From: Cyanidioschyzon merolae
Taxonomy: Eukaryota
Strand: one strand, 5' to 3'
Assembly (NCBI GenBank): GCA_000091205.1
Contig: AP006486.2
Length of the DNA: 64,000 nt
Positions 45,227 to 55,961 of this stretch are shown in pieces. The notes under the pieces were generated by a model. It saw only the letters and a list, made by a program, of their open reading frames with translations. It ran no database searches and was not told the DNA's origin. Both the position numbers and the translations under genes were made by a program. Numbering within the stretch: the first letter of the stretch is position 1; each line of letters starts with the position of its first letter.

Positions 45227-47182
45227 GTGCGAGGGTGCTTCGCGCGCATGAAGCGGAAACGAGCGCTCAGGCGGTTGCAACCTGGGCAACAACAACTCAA
45301 GCCGGTGCCGAGGCACGAGTCTTCGGTTTGGGTCTGCTGCCCAGCGTGCCACGAACGTCTGGCGGCAGCGAGTCTGAGCTTTCACACCCTCTATGACTGC
45401 AGCGAACGGAGGTCACAGGACGTGCTCGCTTCTGCGAACAGCAGCACCATCAGTACTTGGGACAGGTTGCCAGACGAGACACCTGGATCAGCGGATCCCG
45501 CTCGGGACGCCTGCCTGGCGCAGACGCAAGCACAGCAGAACAGTTCGGAGTCTGCTGGATGTCACCGAAACACAACTGGTGCGGCGTCGTCGTCGTCGTC
45601 GACCGCCTCCCAGCCAGACGTGTCAACGACGAATACGAGTTTGCAGGCTGCATACCAGACACTCACAGCAGACGTGCCGTACACGTCTTCTGCACACAGT
45701 GAAGCGCGGAACGCGTTTCGCTTACTGATGACGCCTCAACGCTACCTAGCCTGTTACTGGACCATGCAACGCTTTTATCGCGGGAATGATGCCACCGGTG
45801 CGAACGGCACCTATTTGCGCTCGGAACTGCTCTTCGCAGGTGATTCGCGACTAGAGCGCCTGCTTACAGAGCCGTGTTGGCGATGCTTGGGTAGCACGCG
45901 ACTCGCTGACGCACTCTGGCGACCTAGCAACGTTCGCGAACAGTACGCAGACGCCAGCAAAATCCGAACCCAAGTCATTTGGCTGGCGCACAAGTCCCTC
46001 TTCGAGCATGACGCATATGTGCCGGCTACAAAGCTTCTTGAGGGACGCGAGCCGCGTCTCCCGCGTGCGCTGCTGCTGTCGGCGCTGCAGAAGAGCATCC
46101 GACGGGCTCGCTGGCCCCAGGTTGTTCGCCTCTCGCGCTACCTGATCGATCGATACGGTTTGGGTATGGTTGCGCGGCGACTGCTGGTTATCACCGTGGA
46201 GGATAGTATGGCACACCCAGCCATGCCGATCCTGGCCTGGTTCATGGGCACAGCGAGTAAGGGCTACCAACCGACTGCAGCCGATGTCGATGCAGTGCTG
46301 CGGTTCGCGGCTGAGATCAGCAGCGTCGCCGTTCGTGACTTGCAGGTATCGAGACGCTATCACAGCATTGAGGCGTTCCAGCACGACTGGGCGGTGTGCG
46401 AGGAAGCTTTTGGAACGTTGGTACCGGCACCAGCGCGGGCGCTCGTTGCCTCGTTGTTGTTGCGGGCGCTTTTCGGCGGCATGCACGGTGATCAGCTCAT
46501 GATGCGGGAATACGCTGTGGAATGGTTGCGACGGTTTCTCTTGGATACACAGCGTGATCCGCTTCAACTGGAGATACCAGCCGCACCACTGGCGATGCTG
46601 CAGGATTCGATGCCGTCGCCAAAGATACCGTCAGTGGATCAGGCGTGGTACGCTGTCGCAGACGCTGCTGCCGCCACTGCGCCATCTTGGCTCCAGTTCT
46701 TGGAAAAACTGTACGAAAGGGTCCGTAGCTTGTTATCCTCGCAGCAAATCCGCTGGGAAGCGGACCAGTGCGTATCTATTACCGATATACCGCCGGCGGC
46801 AGTAGGTCCATTCAGCGGTCTTCCGTCACCAACGTCAGAGCGAGTGCAGCGGAGTCGCTTCTGGCAGCGCATAAGCCGGACACTCCTCGACTATGCTCCC
46901 AAAGCAGCACCAGAGGATACCTGGGCCTCGCTTATCTGGCATTTGCGGGCCAAATTAAACGTGCGGCCTTGCTGGTCGGTCGTCTTCGACGACAACGACG
47001 AAGACGACAACTCGACGTTCACCGTTGCGCTGCAGCTCGCGGATAATGCTTGCGAACAACTCCAGCCGTTCTTCACCAGTGCACAGCAACGAGTGTGTTG
47101 GCAGAACATAGCACCCCAAGTCGAGGCTTTATCCATGATGGTCTTGCGCCGCTATTTCTCTGAGCACCAGACCCGAGGATGA
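45227..47182 (+). CDS. Protein with an N-terminal UBZ-like C2HC zinc finger, an S/T-rich low-complexity region, and a C-terminal MgsA_C/WRNIP1-like helical domain; no AAA+ ATPase motifs seen
   Basis: CCPACHERLAAASLSFHTLYDC fits the pattern C-x2-C-x11-H-x4-C. LLSALQKSIRRARWPQVVRLSRYLIDRYGLGMVARRLLVITVEDSMAHPAMP resembles the RarA/Mgs1 C-terminal block [53 protein letters not shown]. No Walker A (GxxxxGK[ST]) is present anywhere in the 651-aa ORF. Confidence 0.5.
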   Translation: MRGCFARMKRKRALRRLQPGQQQLKPVPRHESSVWVCCPACHERLAAASLSFHTLYDCSERRSQDVLASANSSTISTWDRLPDETPGSADPARDACLAQTQAQQNSSESAGCHRNTTGAASSSSSTASQPDVSTTNTSLQAAYQTLTADVPYTSSAHSEARNAFRLLMTPQRYLACYWTMQRFYRGNDATGANGTYLRSELLFAGDSRLERLLTEPCWRCLGSTRLADALWRPSNVREQYADASKIRTQVIWLAHKSLFEHDAYVPATKLLEGREPRLPRALLLSALQKSIRRARWPQVVRLSRYLIDRYGLGMVARRLLVITVEDSMAHPAMPILAWFMGTASKGYQPTAADVDAVLRFAAEISSVAVRDLQVSRRYHSIEAFQHDWAVCEEAFGTLVPAPARALVASLLLRALFGGMHGDQLMMREYAVEWLRRFLLDTQRDPLQLEIPAAPLAMLQDSMPSPKIPSVDQAWYAVADAAAATAPSWLQFLEKLYERVRSLLSSQQIRWEADQCVSITDIPPAAVGPFSGLPSPTSERVQRSRFWQRISRTLLDYAPKAAPEDTWASLIWHLRAKLNVRPCWSVVFDDNDEDDNSTFTVALQLADNACEQLQPFFTSAQQRVCWQNIAPQVEALSMMVLRRYFSEHQTRG

Positions 47183-47213
47183 GCCTTCATGACTTGTCCG
47201 TAGCCGACGGGTG

Positions 47214-48329
47214 TCAGCGCGGGCCGCGATCCGCCGAGTCCTCGCCAACGGGTTCCTTTGCGAGCACTTGGGATCGAGCTTCGATTCGCTGTCGATACAG
47301 GCGCACGAGGAATCCTACGAGTAGAACAGCACCCACGATCGTGCTTCCTAGACGAAGCGTATGGGCCCAACTGGGCACCGTTGCCGCCTTTGGAAGCGCT
47401 CCGTCGGCACCCATCGAGAGTAAGCTCAGGTCGCGGGCGCCGACGCCAGCCCCGACCAATGGCAGCAGACCTGGCACAATGCCCAAAGTCGTCGTCCAGA
47501 GAAAATCGCTGAATCGGACGCCCACAGCCGCAAGCAGGTAGTTATTGATAAACGAGGGTACCGGTGAGAGCCGCATGTACAACATCATAGACGGACCCTC
47601 GCGGCGGACGATGTCCAACCAGTACCGGAAACGTGGAAATCGTTGGCACTGTTTCTGCACGTAACCATAGAGCACAGTGCGACCAAGGATGAAACACGCG
47701 ATCGCCGCCCCCAGTTTGCTCAGATGCATCGAAAGAAACCCCAGCGGAAAACCTAGCGTGTATCCAGCGGCGACCTCGATCAACGCCGATGCCGGGAAAC
47801 ATAACACGATAGCGACAAAGTGCAGCAGTGCGAAGGCTGCAGCAATCTTACCCGGACCGTGCTGGTCCGCCAGTGTCACCAGCCGCTGCACCAGGCTCGA
47901 GAAGCGCGCGTGCACCCAGGGCTGGTGTCCCAGCTGGTAAAAAACCACGACCACACAGAACAGCACACCTGCGCCAAGAAACCACTTGATCCGCGTATTT
48001 TTATTTTGAACTGTTTCCGACTCGATGGACTGGACACCTTTCGTGCCTGGTGCTGTCACCGAGGCTTCATTCGTCACCCAGGCGCAGGCGCGTGGCGTAC
48101 GAGCTGCCCTCTTGATCGCGCACACCGAGCTCCGTGGTCGCGATTTTACAACAGTTCGACACAGTCCGAGCCTGGATGTACTGCGTCTTCCGCTTCCGAT
48201 AAACACCTGGAAGGCCATCGTACCGCAGGGGCTCGTGGAAGTCGCCCCAGTGCACAGCGCAGACACCACAGATATGCAAGTTATGAAGGATACCGTGGGT
48301 GCAGTGCAGGGTGATCGCGCTCCATCCAT
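47214..48329 (-). CDS. TVP38/TMEM64/DedA-family (SNARE-associated Golgi protein) membrane protein
   Basis: ALLHFVAIVLCFPASALIEVAAGYTLGFPLGFLSMHLSKLGAAIACFILGR and RLSPVPSFINNYLLAAVGVRFSDFLWTTTLG match the DedA/TVP38 signature blocks (compare R[LI]IPFIPFSL[LI]NYAAGLT.I.F..F). The N-terminal ~110 aa are low-complexity, so the true start may be an internal Met. Confidence 0.8.
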   Translation of the reverse strand: MDGARSPCTAPTVSFITCISVVSALCTGATSTSPCGTMAFQVFIGSGRRSTSRLGLCRTVVKSRPRSSVCAIKRAARTPRACAWVTNEASVTAPGTKGVQSIESETVQNKNTRIKWFLGAGVLFCVVVVFYQLGHQPWVHARFSSLVQRLVTLADQHGPGKIAAAFALLHFVAIVLCFPASALIEVAAGYTLGFPLGFLSMHLSKLGAAIACFILGRTVLYGYVQKQCQRFPRFRYWLDIVRREGPSMMLYMRLSPVPSFINNYLLAAVGVRFSDFLWTTTLGIVPGLLPLVGAGVGARDLSLLSMGADGALPKAATVPSWAHTLRLGSTIVGAVLLVGFLVRLYRQRIEARSQVLAKEPVGEDSADRGPR

Positions 48330-49660
48330 GGGCCATAATGTCCTCTATTTATCTAAATATTCATACTTGTCTAGTTAGGTTCAGAGCTCCGTGCAGGACC
48401 CGCGGCAGGTCGCGACTCGGGACACGTCATCGGCAAGCATTGTCCACGAGACTGATTCGCAACCGCTGCATCCATATCACGAGTAGCGTGGAGCGTGCTG
48501 CGCTTGAAGTGGCGCTAAACGATGCGCCGTTTTGCGGTGTCGATGACCCCGAGAACAGCACTCCACACAGAAGACATCGTCAGCATCCGCTCTGTTCTAC
48601 GCAGGGTTTTGTAGTTCCGTATGGCGGTCATGCGCAGGCGTTGAACCCTGCAAACAGCATCAATCACGGGGAATATTGGTGCTTGTGCCAAAGCTGCTCT
48701 ATCGCTTTCGTCTTCAGCGATGAACAAGTCGGCGTTCATTCGCCACGATTTGATGCACATCAGCTCGCCGGAACTCGGGTGTGACTCGCACAACGACGTG
48801 CACACCGTGCGCAGTCGTCGACAGCATGAGATGATACTAGACGGTAGTGGTCGCGTACTAACGCTACTTGTCCACTTGTTCGCGTGCATGTATGCTTAAA
48901 GCGCTTTTACAAACATATGATCGATGTTTCGTCCGGTTGAGCAGAGAACTGGAAACCCAGCAGCAGCCTGACTGCGTCGCGGACACCGAAACACCTCGAC
49001 CATGAGGATGCGTTCAGGACGACTCCGAAGCTGAGGATGGAAGCGACGCAGCAGATGCGGCCTGGAAGCGCGTATGTTGCCAGATGCAAGCGCCGCCATG
49101 GGTCAGCGCCAACCTCGGACTTGTATGGACCGAGGCCCAGCATGGATTCGATGCGCATGTAAGGAACCGACACGTAAGTTTTTTCCAGTGAAGCATTTCG
49201 TCACCAGGGCAACGGCGACGATGAACAGCAAGCGGAGCACCACAACCACGTGCCTCTGTGCATGAACCATAATGGGGTGAAGAGTCCGACGTGAATGGGT
49301 GTTTCACGACGGACGCGCGCGCGTCACTGTTGCAAGCGAAGCGGCCCGTTTGCCGAACAGGGCGCACGGTGGCGACAACATCGTTGAACGAGCTTGAATC
49401 GAGACCGCTGATGGTACGTCTCGCGTTGCGCGTACTGCAAGATGAAGGTACTGCGGGCGGTAACGGCATCATGAGCGTTTCTCCAAAGACGATGAAGCGG
49501 TGATCTGCACCAAACAAGGAGCCTGGTACGGGCGAAGCTTCATAAACAGCGTGCAGATCGAAAGAGCAGCATCTATCCATGGAAGAGCAATCCTGCTCAG
49601 GTGATCGGTCACGTCGCCTGTGCTGTACGGATCTCGAGTGTGACCATGATTCTGGGGAGA

Positions 49661-50791
49661 TCATGCATCCAACGGATGCTTCTGCAGCTGTTGCCACAAG
49701 TGCGCTGGCAACTGCGCGACAATTTTCAGGGATTCTCGTATGATAGCCGCCGGCGGAATGCGAAAAGCGTCTTGCTCTTTTCTGGGGTTCAAAACCTCTT
49801 TGACAGTAACCGTTCGACTCAGAAGCTGCTCGCGTGCACAACGCAGTCGAGCAACCACAAACACCACACCGAAATGGGCGCCGAACGCGAGAATCCAGTC
49901 GAGGAGCGGCATGGCATCCTCGAACGGCGGGATACAAAGAGAAAACGAGAGCACCGCCGGGAACCCGTGCACGAGAAGCGCGCGTTCCAGACCCAATGGA
50001 TCTCCGCTGAGCATTGTGGCGAGCTCCTGGTCTACATGCTGGATGGTACGGGCGGCGAGCCGGCAACCCTCGTAGGCGCCAGCTACCGAATTCACTTGGA
50101 GATAGCGCGGTGCATAATCCTCCACGAGGCACACAAGCAACCGAAACGCCTCAGGCTCGGGCAATACGTGCAGGAACGATGCTGCGTAGAGGTTCATGCC
50201 CTGCACATACGTTTGGTTGTTGTGAACCGCGACCGCCAGGAGAACGCGCGCAAGCGCCTCCGGTGGCACCCGATGACGAACCGTGTCGCATCCACGGAAC
50301 GTCCGCGGAATATCCTGCTCAATCTTTTCCCACAATTGTTTATAGCGGGCAAAGCTCGTGCCAATGCTATCGAGTAAATCTACATAGCTAGGAACTGTCG
50401 AGCGCGCATCATTTCGCGGCCTTTGGGAGAGCAGGAGCCACGAGGCACCTCGCGGTGTTCGCAACTCCTTCGGGAACAACGACTGACAAGCTACAACTTG
50501 GGTTCCTTCGAGTCTGTTGGATCCGCACAGCTCCCCGGAAACATCAAGCACGTCGGACGCCTCAGAGGGTAAAAGTCGCCCGCTGGCGAGCCACTTGCGC
50601 AGGGCCGAAGCGTTCGCTTCGCGCAGGGCATCCTGCCAGCCAGCGCTCTGCTCTGTAGCTGTCGCCGCCATCCCCGTGGAGCCCACCGCTCTCCCTAGTG
50701 AAGCCCCTCGGCGATCATATTTACAAGTGGGGGATGATCTGGAGCTGTCAGTGGTCTCGCTCGAAAGCCGCTCGAGTGCACTCCCGCTCAT
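49661..50791 (-). CDS. TBC-domain Rab GTPase-activating protein
   Basis: IEQDIPRTF is the Arg-finger IxxDxxR motif, and YVQGMN is the Gln-finger YxQ motif. The following helical core, LVCLVEDYAPRYL...LATMLSGDPLGLERALLV, is typical of TBC domains. Start taken at MSGSALERL (minus-strand ATG at 50791). The ORF stays open to 51298, but that N-terminal part is Cys/Arg-rich and looks non-coding. Confidence 0.8.
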   Translation of the reverse strand: MSGSALERLSSETTDSSRSSPTCKYDRRGASLGRAVGSTGMAATATEQSAGWQDALREANASALRKWLASGRLLPSEASDVLDVSGELCGSNRLEGTQVVACQSLFPKELRTPRGASWLLLSQRPRNDARSTVPSYVDLLDSIGTSFARYKQLWEKIEQDIPRTFRGCDTVRHRVPPEALARVLLAVAVHNNQTYVQGMNLYAASFLHVLPEPEAFRLLVCLVEDYAPRYLQVNSVAGAYEGCRLAARTIQHVDQELATMLSGDPLGLERALLVHGFPAVLSFSLCIPPFEDAMPLLDWILAFGAHFGVVFVVARLRCAREQLLSRTVTVKEVLNPRKEQDAFRIPPAAIIRESLKIVAQLPAHLWQQLQKHPLDA

Positions 50792-53700
50792 CTCCAGCAC
50801 TCGCACCGGCACGAAACACAAACCACGTTCTGGGGTGCTCAGCGGGGGCGCGCGCGCGCACTGCACTGGAACGTTTCCAGCGCCCGGCCGACGGCGCGCT
50901 CGCGATACGCCCCCGCTGACGCTGACACAGATGACGCTGGCGTTACCAAACAGACGCATGGAAATTTCAAGACACGAATGGACAGATAGACAAAATAATA
51001 TATATAAATGGACACAAGTGATATCGGAAGCACACCAGCGCGATGCATGCGCAGCGCGCCGCACGGTGTGCGATGCGCTTCGTACGCGAACATCCGCGTG
51101 AATCTGGTGTGCACCGCGATCCAGGCAGTCGAGAACCGCGTTCAGAAGCGTGTCAGGCCGGCGCCTGTGTCGCGAAAAACGGCGACACATGCTCCGGACG
51201 ATTCCGAAGGGCGGTGTAATTAGTACCCAGGATTCGCTCCGAATGCCGGGTATCTCTGTTGATTCGAGGCGCAAAGGTATGCCTGCGTACCAAAGCACTG
51301 TGAACCGAGACTTTTGGTGGCGAGTCGTGAAACCCGCGTTGGGTGCCTTACGTTTCTAGCCGGCGCTTTCCCTTGCATAGCAAAGCCGAATCTGTCTCGA
51401 TGCTCGGCGGAATGCCAGAAATACCCGCTATCTCCCAGCGGATCTACGGGCAGTGGCCGGCGGAAAGTCAGAGGTAGCGCGCGTTGTTTTGGCTGCGTTC
51501 CCTGGTCTACGTCGACGTTCTGCGGGCCAGAAAAAAAGCTTGCGGTGCCGGCACATGACGCCCACATACAACGACAACCCCTCAACCAGAGTCTGGTCAA
51601 TTTCTGGGTTCATTGGCCTTAGACCCGTATCAGATTAAAAAATTGGACACTGAAATACGCGCTCGGTCCGTGACATGAGCTTTGTTCCCGAACTTTACTG
51701 ATTTGCATGGCGTCGACATTCGAACTGCACCAATAAAGCATTATGGATTCATAGGTGTAAGATTCTCGGGCGTGATTTTGGAGTGCATCCCTCGACGCGT
51801 TGCCACTGGCTCTCGCTATGTCACCGAAAGCAGGATGATTTGCGACGCCCTCGAATACGGCTTCGTTCAATAACCAATATCATTGTCCAATGCATGCGTT
51901 CAAGACTCCGCGTGTCTCGATTTCATGTGTATAGCGTGCCCAAATCGCGCGTCCTTCATGACGTGGAACTTTCTGTTTCAAGGCAACGCGTGAGCGCAGT
52001 ACTTTGCGCGACTGCATTGACGGGAGCAACCATTCGATATCGTCCGTAGAGAGCTCGTCGAGAGGTGCGCGCTGAACGTGTATTGAACTCTTCATGCCAA
52101 ATCATCAATGCCCTTTGAACGACAATTCTGTCTCTATGTCGATTGACGAAAGCAATATTCGAGTGCAGCGTGACACCTCTTCTGGGATACGCATCCAGAC
52201 TCCACCGTCGGTTCTGTCTTCATGGGAATCTTCTTGGACGCGGTCTCCAGTGATCGCGGGGATCGATACCAGTGGGGTGCGCGATACCGCTTTGCACAAA
52301 GGGAGCGTGGGCCGGTCGACACCTGTCGATTTGCGATCCAACCTGAATTTTGCTTCCGGTACCTGTTTCTTCATGGATGACATTGCGTTCCGCATATCCT
52401 CTATCGAATGGAGCAGTGTGCGAGCGCGTGTGCTTCATAAAGCGTGCTGGCTGAGGTGATCGCCCAGAAAAGGCCCGTGATTCCAGTATACGACGCCGGG
52501 CGCCGAGTCTGATGACAGCATCGAGGGCATCCCTCTGTGCTCGTCGAGGTCGTGGACCGAGCGCTGAATCAAATGGTCACGCGCCAGAGGACGGCATTTG
52601 GAGGTCAACGAGGCATCGGGGTCGACGTATGGGAGACCCCGAAACTGCTCAGGTGTCATTGGTACGACGGCTGCACCGGGGCTGTTTACAAACAAGATCA
52701 ACATGACAAGTAAAATGCACATCGCAACTTTTACCTACGTACGAAATACGTTGACAACAGCAGCAAGCGGCGAACTCGAGACATTCATACAGCTATCAAC
52801 ATCCTTCGGCTGCTGATGACGGAGGTGCAGGGACAGGAGCGACTCACGTACTCGATCCCGGAGAAGAGCGAGAGCAGAAGCGGAAGCAGTCTCAGAAAAA
52901 GCGCGCACATTCTGGTGAGGATCACAGTGGCAAGGGACCCAGACTTTGGAGAGCAAGCCCAAGTTAGCGAGCAGGGCCATTCTATTTTATTTCGATAGAG
53001 ATGTGTGGAAGGCATCTTGTCCGTACTGGCTGCCTGTCGGACGAGCGCATCTCGTGGAGGCGTGCTGCCTGTCCGTTACCCTGCTGCCGCTACCGATGGA
53101 TAGATGGGTGCTTGGATTCCCATCCAGGCATGCACGTGAGAGGGGAAATGCTTGGCGGCGGTTTCCGCTGCTTTGCAGGTCAACAGACAGTCCTCACATG
53201 TGCCGTGCATACCTCATACGCCGCCGACCAGGTAGAGGCGCTCGCACAGGACGCGCTCAAAGTACGCTTGCGTTTGGCTCCGGGTTTCACCACATGGGAT
53301 ATGGCCGGCAGCTTCGCGCACTGCGACTGCCCCGGCGCCTCATCGAACTCGCTGGGATCCAAAAAGAATCCCTTGGCACCCAGGGAATGGATGATGGGAA
53401 GCGATTCCGCGTCAACACGCTCATCCATGGCTGAAGCACTCGTCGCTTCGACCAGGACTGGGCGCCTCCTTTAGAGTTCTCCTTCACGCAGATCATGATC
53501 TGCCAAGCAACTTTCAAAAGCGTCCAGTGATACGCCTACAGCTGGGCGAAGGAAACCTTTCAGGTCCTGTGTATGCCTCTCGCTTCTAGTTACATTTCCC
53601 GAGTGACGATTCCCAGCGTCGGAATCGCCATGCGCCCCCGGTATCGCCACATGTACGTGCATAGCATCTGGCAACGCAAGCCATGCGTCAGTGCGGCGCC

Positions 53701-54807
53701 TAGCCCGAACCCGCGAGTCCTGTGTGTGTGTGGGTGTGTTTGTGCGCGCGCACCGGAACGCCTACCAGCCGCCCCGCTGGATGTCCGTGCGTCATGCCGC
53801 TAACTATATGCATCTACATAAGGTTGCATGCTTCGACGCTGCACGATAAAACGGAGTGCTTGGAATGCATTTTTAGAAACAGAGTGCCTGCGCAGCGATC
53901 GGATTCGAGGCGCTCGGCGTGCTCTGGGTGGAAAGCAAATCATCGACATGTATCGAGCGTTTACGTTGTGTTGATGACCGGGACTTTGGTGCCCCCAGCG
54001 CTGGTTGGAGCGATCCCCCCGCTCTTCTTTAGCGCCTGTTCCAGGACTGTTGCCAAAAATGTCGACGGCGCACCGCATTTCTACACCGTCCGTTAAGATG
54101 GTGGTGGTTGCCGCAGTGCAGCGCTCGGGTACTGCTTTTTTGCGCTACGCAGGCGTGCTAGCCTGGTATCCCAGAAGTAAAACAAAAACGTTCAACGACC
54201 ATGGAGGGTAAATACGTATACCCACGCGCATGCGCCTCTGCGCCGTTCGTGACCGGTCCCCTGGCATCTATTTCGGTTTCTAACAGTACACTTCGAGCAG
54301 CAGAGGTTGCTAGATGAAGTTAGATCGCCTCAGCTCCCCTGGTCTCTCGTATTCAGCATCCCACATCGTCTGCTGCTGGGTGACGGCGCTGGTGTCTCAG
54401 TTGACGAGCTCCCTGCGTGCATTGAGGCTGGTGGAGCTCCCCAGCACAAGGAGGCCTCTAATTCGAGCCCTCTGTGGCACTGCAGTAAGGTCATCGTCCC
54501 GTAGCGCAAACGCCCTCTCTCGCCTATTTCCCCCTTCTTCTTCGTCGACACTTGCGCTTTTCCCTCGATGGGTGGAGAAAACAGAATTTTTCGTTTTCTT
54601 TCCCGGCAGCCGGTGATGACAGCCTTCGAGGATCCCCGACGCCCATCTTTGCTCCTTTCCCTTGGATTCTTACTTTTCTTCAAATGAGCGCACGTCGAAC
54701 GCATCCGCTCTAAACTGCGAAAACGAATTTGACGACACGCATCTGGGAGTCGGAGCACGATTGATGAGAAAGACTATAAGCACTGAACGATGACTCGCTG
54801 CGTCAGC

Positions 54808-55290
54808 CTAGTCCATGAGGTCCTCCGGCCGAATGCGATCAAGATATCGGGGCTGTAGACCAGACCCGCCGCAGTTGAGACAAACCACAGTGCTTCGCCC
54901 CTTGCAGTACGAACATTCCTTTTCATACTGCCCGAAACCGAGCTTGCCGCGGCCCTGGCAGTACCCGCAGGCAACCTGACCGTCCCCACGACATTCCACG
55001 CAGGGTTCACGCCGACCCCGGGCCTTCCCGCGCTCACCTTGCACCTCTGTGAACGCGAGCAAACCTATACCCGCAATGGTACCCAATCCGCCGACTATCA
55101 GGGCAGTCAGCACCTCATCCGATAGCTCCATAGAAAGCGACGGCCGGCCAGTCTTCGAACTCGGCGAACGAAACGCGACGTGTCGCTGCCGTCGTTCAAG
55201 TCGCTCCTGGCGCTCTATCGCCCAGTACTTCCAACCGTGAAAGCAGCAGCCCCGTGGCTTCCTTAACACATTTACCGAACCCACGAACAT
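54808..55290 (-). CDS. DnaJ-type zinc-finger (CxxCxGxG x4) protein with a TM segment and an R/S-rich presequence (BSD2/LQY1-like organellar zinc-finger protein)
   Basis: CVECRGDG, CGYCQGRGK, CSYCKGRS and CLNCGGSG are four CxxCxGxG repeats, as in the DnaJ cysteine-rich domain. They are preceded by the hydrophobic segment LTALIVGGLGTIAGIGLLAF and by MFVGSVNVLRKPRG...RRQRHVAFRSPSS. The longer in-frame extension to 55446 runs into the ~109-bp tandem repeat and is rejected. Confidence 0.55.
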   Translation of the reverse strand: MFVGSVNVLRKPRGCCFHGWKYWAIERQERLERRQRHVAFRSPSSKTGRPSLSMELSDEVLTALIVGGLGTIAGIGLLAFTEVQGERGKARGRREPCVECRGDGQVACGYCQGRGKLGFGQYEKECSYCKGRSTVVCLNCGGSGLQPRYLDRIRPEDLMD

Positions 55291-55404
55291 GAACGAAGCC
55301 CTAGTTGAGAAGCGCTCTCGCTTCCAGAGGCGTCTGCTATGCGTCTGCGAACGTTCACAATAGGGCTCGCGGAGAGCGACGCTTATTCGGGCACCGAGCG
55401 ATGT

Positions 55405-55885
55405 CGCTGGCATCAGCGCTGCGAAGCGATGCGCATGCCTCGCCATTCAAGTTCTGTCCATATGTATACATTCCAGTATACTATGTACATTCTGCAAGTG
55501 TCGCCAGCGCTGGGCATCGCACCAGCGCTGCGAAGCGATGCGCATGCCTCGCCATTCAAGTTCTGTCCATATGTATACATTCCAGCATACGTATGTACAT
55601 TCTGCAAGTGTCGCTAGCGCTGGGCATCGCACCAGCGCTGCGAAGCGATGCGCATGCCTCGCCATTCAAGTTCTGTCCATATGTATACATTCCAGTATAC
55701 TATGTACATTCTGCAAGTGTCGCCAGCGCTGGGCATCGCACCAGCGCTGCGAAGCGATGCGCATGCCTCGCCATTCAAGTTCTGTCCATATGTATACATT
55801 CCAGTATACCTATGTACATTCTGCAAGTGTCGCTAGCGCTGGACATCGCACCAGCGCTGCGAAGCGATGCGCACATGAAGCATTG
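55405..55885. repeat. Tandem minisatellite, ~109-bp unit x ~4.3 copies
   Basis: The motif accagcgctgcgaagcgatgcgcatgcctcgccattcaagttctgtccatatgtatacattccag... starts at 55415, 55523, 55633, 55742 and 55852. It lies between the divergently transcribed DnaJ-zinc-finger gene and the fumarase gene, and creates repeated spurious ORFs on both strands. Confidence 0.9.
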
Positions 55886-55961
55886 GCGTGCGCGGAGCGC
55901 GACTAGCGAGCCTCTCGTTCATTCGCTCGTTATCAGGCGGTGGCAGCGGCTATCCGCGTTC

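Noticed and set aside
49014-50132. 372-aa minus-strand ORF
   Set aside because: It overlaps the 3' part of the TBC-domain gene in another frame. It is Arg/Cys/Pro-rich with no domain, and is a GC-rich frame artefact.
55305-55961. In-frame N-terminal extension of fumarase; the mirror extension of the zinc-finger ORF to 55446
   Set aside because: Both are translated from the ~109-bp tandem repeat and give repeated peptides. The conserved mature fumarase N-terminus begins at 56217, and a plausible presequence start is at 55962.
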